Shown: positions 18,766 through 27,230, counted from the stretch's first letter. The stretch: 64,000 nucleotides of DNA from Hyphomicrobiaceae bacterium (GCA_051010015.1 JBPCVZ010000098.1:7587-71586); one strand, 5' to 3'. Numbers and translations are program-made. The notes: generated by a model not told the origin, from the sequence alone.

Positions 18766-20223
18766 CTAGATCGATGGGTTCTTCGAAATGAAGTGAAACC
18801 CTTTGATTGTCGGCCGGTTTGCAAGTTCCCGCACCAGTGTGAGCAAGGGTGTTTCCATCACCGGATAGTCCGTGTTGATTGGTCCGGCTTCCTTGAGAGC
18901 ACGGTATTGCTGATCGTCGTAGAAGGCGGCCAGCAGCAGATCATCGTCATTTGCGAACGGTCCACGGGAAGCGCGCAGGCGTTTGAGCGCAGGCGGCACC
19001 AGCGCGCCCGGGCGCTCGGTGATCGGTTCGGTCCCGCGTGTGATCTTGTCGTAAAGATTGGGCTCGATCGTTCCGGCAATTTCTCCGTAGCCGCCGCGAA
19101 CATACAGGCGGACTTCGTCGGGAACGGTGTCGTAGCGCGCCTTGCCCTGGTCGCGTCCCATGACATTGAGGATCGCCATCGTGACGATGTACTGCGCGAA
19201 CGGACTGATCACGATCGGATAGCCAAGGTCCATGCGAACGCGACCGGCCTCTTCGAGGATTTCCTCCAGGCGGTCCGCGATGCCGATGGTCTCGAGCTGG
19301 TAGGCCAGATTCGACACCATGCCGCCGGCACATTGGTGGTGGTAGTGGAACTCATCGTATTCATTTGGCGTGCCGACCGGCTTGTCCTCCTTTTCGGCAA
19401 TATACGCCAATCGTTCTGCAACTTCGTTGATTGGTGCGAGATCAATATCGACATCGTAGCCGCGTCGCCGACAATTGGCGGTGAAAAGTTCGGTCGGGCT
19501 GTGGGAAACGCCATTGGCAAGCGTCGACGTGGCAGTATGGACGACGTCGACACCATGTTCGACGGCTTGCAGCACGACATAGGGAGCGAGGCCGGAATTG
19601 CAGTGCGTGTGGATCTGCAGGGGCATCTCACCGATCGCTTCCTTGATCGCCGGGACGAGCGTGGCAACGCGTTCCGGCCGCAGCAAACCGCTTGCATCCT
19701 TTATGAACACGGCGTCGACGCCGTGCGTGACGAGCTCTTTGGCCTTGCCGACATAGTAGGCGTCGGTGTGGACGGGACTGTACGTATAGGCGAGGCCGCC
19801 AACGACGTAGAGGCCATGCCGCTTGGCCGTTTTTATCGGAATTTCGAGATTGCGCATGTCGTTGAGCGCATCGTAGGGCGTGTGGTAGCGCATACCGTTG
19901 GCGGCGAAGCGCTCCGCGGCAAGCTGCACGACATCGTCGGCGAAGAACTCGAAGGTAAAGAGGCTTTGCCCGCGTGTATGAATAATGAGCGGTGTTTTGG
20001 TGATCCACTTGTTCAGTATGCGCATCCGCTCCCACGGATCTTCGCGCAGGTAACGCACCATGACATCAAACACGGCGCCGCCGACGAGATCGATGGCCTC
20101 AAAGCCCGCCTCGTCGAGACGCGGCGCGATTTCCTTCATCATCGCCGTGGTCATGCGCGTTGCCCAAAGGCATTGATGGGCATCGCGCAGTGTGACATCG
20201 ATCAATCGGATTGTGCGTCCCAA
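18766..20223 (-). CDS. OadA/PycB-type carboxyltransferase subunit (HMGL-like TIM barrel + PYC_OADA domain), no biotinyl domain; paralogue 1
   Basis: IDVTLRDAHQCLWATRMTT, VFIKDASGLL (lysine at the carbamylated-Lys position) and LQIHTHCNSG (HxH) are the metal-site motifs of pyruvate carboxylase CT / oxaloacetate decarboxylase alpha. It ends without an (A/V)MKM biotinyl domain. The TTG start abuts the TAA of the biotin carboxylase gene. Confidence 0.85.
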   Translation of the reverse strand: MGRTIRLIDVTLRDAHQCLWATRMTTAMMKEIAPRLDEAGFEAIDLVGGAVFDVMVRYLREDPWERMRILNKWITKTPLIIHTRGQSLFTFEFFADDVVQLAAERFAANGMRYHTPYDALNDMRNLEIPIKTAKRHGLYVVGGLAYTYSPVHTDAYYVGKAKELVTHGVDAVFIKDASGLLRPERVATLVPAIKEAIGEMPLQIHTHCNSGLAPYVVLQAVEHGVDVVHTATSTLANGVSHSPTELFTANCRRRGYDVDIDLAPINEVAERLAYIAEKEDKPVGTPNEYDEFHYHHQCAGGMVSNLAYQLETIGIADRLEEILEEAGRVRMDLGYPIVISPFAQYIVTMAILNVMGRDQGKARYDTVPDEVRLYVRGGYGEIAGTIEPNLYDKITRGTEPITERPGALVPPALKRLRASRGPFANDDDLLLAAFYDDQQYRALKEAGPINTDYPVMETPLLTLVRELANRPTIKGFHFISKNPSI

Positions 20224-21591
20224 TTAGCTGCCCTTTTTGCTGAAACGGTCCAAGAACACACGCTCCACCCAACGCGTGTCGATCCGGCTTGAAATGAAGT
20301 CTGGATCGTCTACGAGAGCACGATGAAACGGCCGAAGTGTCGAAGCGCCGGTGATTTCGAACGTGTCGAGTGCGCCACGGGCGCGTTCGAGGGCGGCAGA
20401 ACGGTCAACGTCGTGCACGATAAGCTTGGCAATCATCGAGTCGTAGAATGGCGGAATCTCGATGCCCTGATAGACGAAGCTGTCGACGCGAATACCTTTG
20501 CCTTGCGGCGGGCGCCAAGTCGTGACGCGACCGGGTGACGGTCGGAAGTTCTGCGTCGCATCCTCGGCATTGATGCGGAACTCGATGGCATGTCCACCGG
20601 GCCAGTCCGACTCTTGCGGCACTGACAATGGTTCCCCGAGGGCGACTCGCAGTTGCTCGACGATCAGGTCATGACCGATGCGCAACTCGGTAACCGGGTG
20701 CTCTACCTGAATGCGGGTATTCATCTCGATGAAAAAGAACTGACGAGCGCTCTCGTCGAAAATGAACTCGACGGTGCCGGCACCCTGATAGCCGACACCC
20801 TCGGCGAGCTTGACCGACGCATCAAGCAGCGCTGAGCGTTCGTCATCCGACAGCACTGGCGAAGGGCTTTCTTCCACTAGTTTCTGATGCCTTCGCTGTG
20901 TCGTGCAATCGCGTTCCCCGAGATGGCGTACCGTACCGTGCGTATCACCGAAAATCTGCACTTCGAGATGGCGCACAACCGGGAAATAGCGCTCCAGATA
21001 GATCGCCGGATCGCCGAATGCTTCGCTCGCCTCCTGCGTCGCTTGATTGAACAATCCGGTGAATTGAGTCGCCTCTTCGACAACCCGCATGCCGCGCCCG
21101 CCACCGCCTGCGCTGGCCTTGAGCAGCAATGGGTACCCGATTGCGCTGGCCGCCTCGACCGCTTCATCGGCAGTCGTGAACGTGCTGGCAGATCCCGGAA
21201 CGATCGGGACGTCGTAGTGCTCGGCCGTCGCACGTGCCTGCGCCTTGTCCCCCATCGTACGGATGCACTCCGGAGACGGGCCAACAAAGACCAGGTCTTC
21301 GCGCGCGCATCGCTCGGCGAATGTGGCGTTTTCGGCAAGGAAACCGTAACCAGGATAGACAAGTGTGCATGAGGTCTTTCGTGCCACGTGCAACAGCGCG
21401 TCGACGTTGAGATAGCTGTGTCGGCTGGGCGGCGGTCCGATGCAGATGGCTTCATCCGCCATTAGCACGTGTGGAGCCGAACGGTCGGCCGCCGAATAGA
21501 CCGCGACACTCTCAAGCCCTAGCGCCTGACAGGCACGGATTGCGCGAATCGCAATCTCTCCCCGGTTGGCAATCAATACTCGTTGGCGCAT
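20224..21591 (-). CDS. Biotin carboxylase subunit (AccC-type ATP-grasp)
   Basis: MRQRVLIANRGEIAIRAIRACQALG..., GYPLLLKASAGGGGRGMRVV, FIEMNTRIQVEHPVTE. Trimmed from the 505-aa ORF to ATG 21591. Confidence 0.9.
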   Translation of the reverse strand: MRQRVLIANRGEIAIRAIRACQALGLESVAVYSAADRSAPHVLMADEAICIGPPPSRHSYLNVDALLHVARKTSCTLVYPGYGFLAENATFAERCAREDLVFVGPSPECIRTMGDKAQARATAEHYDVPIVPGSASTFTTADEAVEAASAIGYPLLLKASAGGGGRGMRVVEEATQFTGLFNQATQEASEAFGDPAIYLERYFPVVRHLEVQIFGDTHGTVRHLGERDCTTQRRHQKLVEESPSPVLSDDERSALLDASVKLAEGVGYQGAGTVEFIFDESARQFFFIEMNTRIQVEHPVTELRIGHDLIVEQLRVALGEPLSVPQESDWPGGHAIEFRINAEDATQNFRPSPGRVTTWRPPQGKGIRVDSFVYQGIEIPPFYDSMIAKLIVHDVDRSAALERARGALDTFEITGASTLRPFHRALVDDPDFISSRIDTRWVERVFLDRFSKKGS

Positions 21592-21754
21592 GCGCTGGTC
21601 ATGTTTGTTGGCGGGCTCGGACGAACTGGCAGACAGTTGGCGAGCTTGGATATTGGCAGGCTGAGGAGCGCTGTGCAATTGTATCAAGCATGGCAATGCG
21701 CCTATGGTTCTGATATTCGGCCCGGCGGGGAACGGCAACACGGAAGGTCATCGC

Positions 21755-22249
21755 ATGACGTTAACGTTCAAGGAAGTGTCCGAGATCATGAAGATCATCG
21801 ACGCCTCTGAATGCGAAGAGGTTGTGTTGGAGTTGGAAGGCATGAAGCTTGTCGTGCGCCGCGGCGCAACCGCCAATGCTGGCGTGCCGGTTGCGGCCTC
21901 CGTCGCGCCCCCCGCTGCCACGGCGACGCCGTCAGTCCAGGCCGTTGGCCCGGTACCGGGCGAAGCCGCGCAGCAACCCGCTCCGATTGCCGTCGAAGCC
22001 AGCGCAGAGGGTGTTCAGGTGCGCGCGCCGATGGTCGGATCGTTCTATCGGCGACCGTCACCGGACCAGCCGCCGTTCGTCGAAATTGGTTCCAAGGTGA
22101 AGGCGGGCGACCCGCTCTGTCTCATCGAGGTCATGAAGCTCTACACCACCATCGAGGCGACGGTGGCCGGCACGGTCAAACAGATTGCTGCCGAGGATGC
22201 CGGGCTCGTCGAATTCGATCAATTGCTGTTCGTGATAGCACCGGACTGA
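21755..22249 (+). CDS. Biotin carboxyl carrier protein (free-standing BCCP)
   Basis: BCCP-like N-terminus MTLTFKEVSEIMKIIDAS, an Ala/Pro-rich linker, and a biotinyl domain with GDPLCLIEVMKLYTTIEA. GGAAGG RBS. Transcribed divergently from the biotin carboxylase. Confidence 0.85.
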   Translation: MTLTFKEVSEIMKIIDASECEEVVLELEGMKLVVRRGATANAGVPVAASVAPPAATATPSVQAVGPVPGEAAQQPAPIAVEASAEGVQVRAPMVGSFYRRPSPDQPPFVEIGSKVKAGDPLCLIEVMKLYTTIEATVAGTVKQIAAEDAGLVEFDQLLFVIAPD

Positions 22250-22289
22250 GTGCAACCCGGCGCGTCGGCAGCTGCATCTCGCAAGGTTC

Positions 22290-23684
22290 CTACTGACCGT
22301 TCACCCTGAATTTGAAAGGGCGCCGGCTCCAGTAGGTTGGCGCGACGACCGTCACCGGCTCCCGGCCGACGATCCGCGTCGCCTGCTGCCAAGCATGGTC
22401 GAAATCGCGCGCCGGCGAAATGCCGAGCCGGCGAAACAGGCCGGGATTTTCGGTGCCGGCCAGAATGACCTTCGATGCCCGGCTCAGCATGTAGTCGCAC
22501 GAATACATCAGCCAGAACGGGTGGATCGGGTGGTAGGCATGCGCGTGGCGGTATTGCTCAAGATAGGTTTTGTTCGCTGCAACCGACGATTGGAACTTTG
22601 ACAACTCCGATATATCCGACACCTGATCGAATAGCTCCATGACCTCTCGCGTCGACGCATAAGTAGCTTCGTCGTACTCTCCCGTTGAAGGATTGAGCCC
22701 AATGATCACGCCGCCTTCGCGCAGCACGTGGTCTCCGAGCCAGACGCGCGGCGGATAGCCCATGCCGATCGCCGCAATGAGCGGGTTGTTGGCGCTGCCA
22801 TAGGCGAAGGCGGCGGGCAGGCCGAGGACAAGCACATCGGCTTGCGGGACGTCGACGATGCTGAAGGCGTCGGCCGCGGCCCAGGCCGGCTCCTCGAGTT
22901 CGGGCGAGTAGCCGGCAAAGATGTTGTTGATCGTGCCGCCAGTGCCGCCAATCCAATTGATGTAGAATATCCGCTTTCCCGTCTGCTGTTCGATTTGGGC
23001 GTTGATCTCCGCTTTCAACTGGCGAAAGTACATCGCACGATGGTCACCGGTCGTGGTCTTTGGGTGATTGACGACGCGATGGTTGTGATGCGAAGCAATC
23101 GAACGCGTTGAGGCAAGGCCGATGGCGGCGCCGGTGCCGGTGTATCCACCCCAACTGTGGGCGACGACCTGGCCGACATAGATCATGAGGTCGGCTTCGA
23201 GAAAGCGGCGATTGTGGTCAACGATTGCGCCCCCCGGCGTCTGGCCGAGATCCTTGAGCTCGGCCGGATCGAGACAGTCGTGGTTGGTGACCTGCCCGCT
23301 TGGATGGAACGCGTCGAAGATCTCGTTGCCCAAGAAATTGCGCAACTCGGCATCGGTCCATTTCTTATGATTGCCGTTGGCGGAAATGAACACGATGTCG
23401 TCTTTGGCAATGCCCCACTCGAGCAGCTTGTTGACGAGAACACCGAGAATTCGTTGCCAAGGCGGTGGGGGCTTGGTTGGATCATCATGGCCGATGGCAA
23501 CTGTCATGCCCGGCTTGATCAACGACCGGAGCGAGGGCGCGCCATGGGGAGAGCTGAGCGCGGCTTCGAGCAGTGCCACGGGATCCGGATGGACGGGCGG
23601 GTCTTGAAACTCCGCAACGACAGCACTGTCAGGCAGGTCAACGGTGATCTTGTCCGCACCGAAATCGATATCGACGTGTTTCAT
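22290..23684 (-). CDS. LarA-like / DUF2088 domain protein (nickel-pincer racemase superfamily, divergent)
   Basis: By-eye alignment to L. plantarum LarA: VAIGHDDPTKP vs ISSDHTRP, ANGNHKK vs ATGFHRP, EADLMIYVGQVVAHSWGGYTGTG vs EADLLISEGFIESHFFAGFSGGRK, and IASHHNH vs IMANHSG. N-terminal layout (DLPDSAVVAEF...PVALLEAALSSPHGAPSLRSLIKPGMTVAI) matches Lar_N. Confidence 0.65.
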   Translation of the reverse strand: MKHVDIDFGADKITVDLPDSAVVAEFQDPPVHPDPVALLEAALSSPHGAPSLRSLIKPGMTVAIGHDDPTKPPPPWQRILGVLVNKLLEWGIAKDDIVFISANGNHKKWTDAELRNFLGNEIFDAFHPSGQVTNHDCLDPAELKDLGQTPGGAIVDHNRRFLEADLMIYVGQVVAHSWGGYTGTGAAIGLASTRSIASHHNHRVVNHPKTTTGDHRAMYFRQLKAEINAQIEQQTGKRIFYINWIGGTGGTINNIFAGYSPELEEPAWAAADAFSIVDVPQADVLVLGLPAAFAYGSANNPLIAAIGMGYPPRVWLGDHVLREGGVIIGLNPSTGEYDEATYASTREVMELFDQVSDISELSKFQSSVAANKTYLEQYRHAHAYHPIHPFWLMYSCDYMLSRASKVILAGTENPGLFRRLGISPARDFDHAWQQATRIVGREPVTVVAPTYWSRRPFKFRVNGQ

Positions 23685-23708
23685 AGGATCGTTCCGCGTT
23701 CGATGATG

Positions 23709-25163
23709 TCAGCTATTGTAGTGGAATCTGAACCCAGGCTTCTCGACGCTGACCATGGTTTTCGCTGGTTGTTTGTTCAGCTCCTTGATCAAATGCAGCA
23801 CTGGCGATCCAACCACGCTGAACGCTTGCGTATCAATCGTGCCACTGATGGCGGTATCGACCAATTCCTTGTCGAAGAAGTAGCGGAGCAACCGTTCGTC
23901 GTCTGAAATGCTGGGATATAGCTTGCGTAGTTTCGGCACCACCGGTTCGAGATGCGGTGGTGTGAGCGCCACCTCCTTCGGTCCGCGCTCGACGATTTTG
24001 TCGAGCACATCAGGTGCGATCGGGGCGAGCAGCCTGCCATAGTAGCCGAGCGCATATTTCTTCATCTCGAGCGGCACGATGTCATAGCGCTCTCCGCGCA
24101 CGACATTGAGGGTCGCTTGGACGCCGATCAGTTGGGCAAATGGGGTCACCTGTATGGGGTAGCCGAGTTCAGCGATCACGCGGGTACTTTCCTCGAGCAC
24201 TTCAGGTAGCCTGTCGCCAAGGCCGGCAGCATCGAGCTGTGCCTTGAGGTTCGAGTGAACGCCGCCGGGAATCTGGTGGCCCATGAACGACGCATCGAAA
24301 TCGCGTGGCGCGCCGCGCGGTTTGCCGGTTGTCTCGGCGACGGCGTCGAGATGCACGCTGATTTCGGCGATGAGTGCATCGTCGATGTCGACGTCGTAAC
24401 CCGCGTACCGCAGGTTTCGCACGGTCGTTGTCACGGACGGCGGGGCGTTGGCATCGGCCAGCGGCGGCACGGAAGTGTAGAGATGATCGACACCGAGATC
24501 GATAGATTCGAGATACGTCTGCTGACACAGCCCGATCAGCCCGTGACTGTGCAGGCCAAAAGGCATGTCTCCCATTTCCTGGCTGATGGCTGGCACAAGC
24601 GTACGCGCGCGTTCCGCGGTAAGAATGCCGCCGGTATCCTCGATCATGAGTTTGTCAACGCCGATGTCGTCGATGAATTCACGCGCCTTTGACGCATACA
24701 ACTCGTCGCTGTGGACCGGGCTGAGGCTGTAGGTCAGCCATCCTGTCACCTCGGCTCCCAATTTGCGCGCATGGCGGATCGCTGGTGCAATGTTGCCAAG
24801 ATCATGGAGGCCGTCGAAGGCGACGAACTTGGTTATGCCGTTCGCGAACAACCGCTCGGCCCAAAGTTCGCTCAGATCATCGGGAACCATGTCGAAGCCG
24901 AGCACACACTTGGACCGGAACAACGCCTGCATCGGCGTTCGCGTGATGCGCTCGGAAAGCAGCCGGAGCCGTTGCCAAGGATTCTCACCAAGATAGCGGA
25001 CGCATGCATCGAACTGAACGGCGCCGACGACTTCAACCACGTCGAAGCCGGCGCGATCCAGCCGCTCGGCGGCGGGTAGCATCATCGGCGTCGTCATGCG
25101 GGTTGCCCAAAGGCACTGCTGCGCGTCGCGAAAGGTCGTATCAACCAAACCAATCCGCTTCAT
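23709..25163 (-). CDS. OadA/PycB-type carboxyltransferase-like subunit, paralogue 2 (metal-site lysine replaced), no biotinyl domain
   Basis: VDTTFRDAQQCLWATRMTT, LMIEDTGGIL (Glu where CT enzymes have the carbamylated Lys) and GLHSHGLIG (HxH retained). Colinear with paralogue 1 at roughly 35-40% identity by eye. The 730-aa track ORF is trimmed to ATG 25163 (MKRIGLV..., GAGGA upstream). Confidence 0.8.
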   Translation of the reverse strand: MKRIGLVDTTFRDAQQCLWATRMTTPMMLPAAERLDRAGFDVVEVVGAVQFDACVRYLGENPWQRLRLLSERITRTPMQALFRSKCVLGFDMVPDDLSELWAERLFANGITKFVAFDGLHDLGNIAPAIRHARKLGAEVTGWLTYSLSPVHSDELYASKAREFIDDIGVDKLMIEDTGGILTAERARTLVPAISQEMGDMPFGLHSHGLIGLCQQTYLESIDLGVDHLYTSVPPLADANAPPSVTTTVRNLRYAGYDVDIDDALIAEISVHLDAVAETTGKPRGAPRDFDASFMGHQIPGGVHSNLKAQLDAAGLGDRLPEVLEESTRVIAELGYPIQVTPFAQLIGVQATLNVVRGERYDIVPLEMKKYALGYYGRLLAPIAPDVLDKIVERGPKEVALTPPHLEPVVPKLRKLYPSISDDERLLRYFFDKELVDTAISGTIDTQAFSVVGSPVLHLIKELNKQPAKTMVSVEKPGFRFHYNS

Positions 25164-25313
25164 GATTTGAGGTCCTCGGCAGCAAACGTCCAGGCCGGCA
25201 AGTGCCGGTTTCATTGGACCGGTGGTTGTCCATCTATTAAAGATAACCACAGACGGAAAGACGTTGAAAGATGGCCTGAGTGACATCGGGGCGCTGCAAA
25301 CGAGGGGAGGTCT

Positions 25314-26603
25314 ATGGAAAGCATCATCCTGCTTCTGGCTTTGGTCGTCCTGATTCTTCTCGGATCGCCGATCGGTTTCACCCTGATCCTCTTGCCGACA
25401 ATATATGTGCTGATCACCGATGCGGCACCGCTCACGCTCATTCCGTTCAAGATGTTTGACGCGATCGATTCGATCCCGCTGACCGCAATCCCGTTCTTCA
25501 TGCTGACCGGCGAACTGATGACCAGCGCGACGATTACCGATCGGTTGGTTGAATTGAGCCGACGCATGATCGGGCGTATGCGCGGCAGTCTTGCCCAGGT
25601 CAACGTGCTGGTCAGCATGTTCTTTGCCGGCATGAACGGCTCGGTCGTCGCAGATGCTGCAACTGTCGGTTCGCTCTTGATACCCGCCATGAAACGCGCC
25701 GGTTATCCGTCCGCATTTGCGGCCGCGATTACGGCTGTGAGTGGAACGATTGGGGGGATCATTCCGCCCAGCATCGCGATGATCATTCTGGCGAATGCCG
25801 GTGGCATCTCGGTTGGCGCGTTGTTTGCGGCCGGGATCGTTCCGGGCCTTCTGATCGGTTTCACGTTGATGTTCATCAACTGGACATTGGCAGTGCGCCA
25901 TGGCTATGAGCGCAGCGAAGAAGCCTTTAGTTTCGGCGCGCTCGGCAAGGCGGCTGGCGCGGCATCGTTTGCGTTGATTATCCCGATCGTGTTGGTTGGT
26001 TCGGTGGTTGGCGGCATCGCCGGCGTCGTCGAGGCCGGCGCCATTACCGCGACAACCGCACTGATCGTCGGGCTGTTCATTTATCGCACGATCACCTGGA
26101 CGAACTGTAAGGGTGCTTTTGTGCGCGCCTTCCGGACCAGCGCTTCCGTCTTCATTATCATCGCTGCGGCGGGCCCGTTCAGCTGGCTGCTGACCTCCCT
26201 CGGTGCCATCAAGGAACTAGAAACATGGTTGCTGACGTTCAAGGATGATCCGCTGCTCTTTGCGTTCGTCATCGTAGCGTTCATCTATATTCTCGGGATG
26301 ATCATGGATGCTGCCGCGAATATCATCGTCGTCGGTCCGGTGTTGATCCAGGTGATGGTCGCAGCAGGCTATCCTGAAGTCCAGGCAGCCATGGTCTGTG
26401 TCGTTGGGTTCCTGATTGGCACGGTGACGCCTCCGCTCGGCGTTGCGTATTTCACGACCGCCGCGATCGCCAAAGCCAGCCTTGAAAATGTCGCGCTTGC
26501 GATGTTGCCGTATCTGCTGGCCCTGTTTGGCTTGTTGTTCCTATTGGTCGTCGTGCCGGATGTGACGATGTGGTTGCCCGGCGTGTTGGGCTTCGTCAAA
26601 TAG
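25314..26603 (+). CDS. TRAP transporter large permease subunit (DctM family)
   Basis: 429-aa polytopic membrane protein. IPLTAIPFFMLTGELM and MFFAGMNGSVVADAATVGSLLIPAM are DctM hallmarks. RBS GGGGAGG. Confidence 0.9.
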   Translation: MESIILLLALVVLILLGSPIGFTLILLPTIYVLITDAAPLTLIPFKMFDAIDSIPLTAIPFFMLTGELMTSATITDRLVELSRRMIGRMRGSLAQVNVLVSMFFAGMNGSVVADAATVGSLLIPAMKRAGYPSAFAAAITAVSGTIGGIIPPSIAMIILANAGGISVGALFAAGIVPGLLIGFTLMFINWTLAVRHGYERSEEAFSFGALGKAAGAASFALIIPIVLVGSVVGGIAGVVEAGAITATTALIVGLFIYRTITWTNCKGAFVRAFRTSASVFIIIAAAGPFSWLLTSLGAIKELETWLLTFKDDPLLFAFVIVAFIYILGMIMDAAANIIVVGPVLIQVMVAAGYPEVQAAMVCVVGFLIGTVTPPLGVAYFTTAAIAKASLENVALAMLPYLLALFGLLFLLVVVPDVTMWLPGVLGFVK

Positions 26604-26616
26604 CTGGAGCTGACGG

Positions 26617-27177
26617 ATGGTCGATTTTCTCGTCGCGATTGACAAATGGTATCGCAATATCTTGGCCGGGATCTGCATGCTCGCACTGTTCTTGATGGTG
26701 GCCTTTACGGTCTACACGGTGTTCATGCGCTATGTGTTTTGGGACCCGCCGGTGTGGGGCGACCTGATGACCGTCCTGAGTAATATTTGGCTGGTCTTCA
26801 TCGCGCTCGCATTGACGGTCCGGGAGAAAGAGCACATCGCGCTCGATTTCCTCTATACGCGCCTGCCGTTGTTCTGGGGCTTCGTGATTCAGTTGTTGTG
26901 GGCCATCATAATATTCGCGCTTGGTCTCGTGATCTGCATTTATGGTTATGAGGCGGCCATCACGAACTTCGGTAAGTACTGGGAGATGTGGTACTTCGCA
27001 TGGCAGGACGGCGGTTTTGTCTTCAAGCCGAACTATATGCCCAAGAGTTACCCGATGATGATCCTGCCGTTGGCCGGCGGCTTGATTGCTTTTTCAGCAC
27101 TGGTTTCCGGCCTTGAAGACATCTTTCGCTATCGCAACGGCACCTTCACGGTGGCAGCCGGCAGTTCAAGCGGCTGA
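26617..27177 (+). CDS. TRAP transporter small permease subunit (DctQ family)
   Basis: 186 aa with four predicted TM segments. It sits 13 nt after dctM. N-terminal DKWYRNILAGICMLALFLMVAFTVYTVFMRYVF is DctQ-like. Confidence 0.75.
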   Translation: MVDFLVAIDKWYRNILAGICMLALFLMVAFTVYTVFMRYVFWDPPVWGDLMTVLSNIWLVFIALALTVREKEHIALDFLYTRLPLFWGFVIQLLWAIIIFALGLVICIYGYEAAITNFGKYWEMWYFAWQDGGFVFKPNYMPKSYPMMILPLAGGLIAFSALVSGLEDIFRYRNGTFTVAAGSSSG

Positions 27178-27203
27178 ATTGGCGCCCGCCTCAGTTGGCA
27201 AAA

Positions 27204-27230
27204 AATTGGGGGCCAACCCGGCCCCCAATT
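27204..27230. terminator. Bidirectional intrinsic terminator between convergent dctQ and dctP
   Basis: Perfect 11-bp inverted repeat AATTGGGGGCC-aaccc-GGCCCCCAATT. Flanked by an A-run on the left (27200-27205) and TTTCATTTC on the right. Confidence 0.65.

Noticed and set aside
18793-20292. 499-aa plus-strand ORF antisense to carboxyltransferase paralogue 1. Similar long antisense ORFs occur at 15315-16010, 23157-23906, 42644-43609 and 48713-49357.
   Set aside because: They show no recognisable motifs and have Arg/His/Gly/Asp-heavy composition. They mirror strongly supported genes on the other strand, as expected for stop-poor reverse frames in GC-rich DNA.
20224-22249. Interpreting the BC and BCCP genes as the housekeeping acetyl-CoA carboxylase accBC operon.
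   Set aside because: The two genes are divergent rather than accB-accC co-directional. BC is translationally abutted to a PycB/OadA-type CT, and no accA/accD is nearby. This cannot be fully excluded without checking the rest of the genome for another accBC.
25164-25901. N-terminal 245 aa of the 730-aa minus-strand ORF (23709-25901), rich in His/Arg/Asp/Gln.
   Set aside because: The recognisable carboxyltransferase starts at MKRIGLVDTTFRD (ATG 25163, with a GAGGA RBS). The extension has non-protein-like composition and lies antisense to the well-supported dctM gene (from 25314). It is a typical GC-rich shadow ORF.
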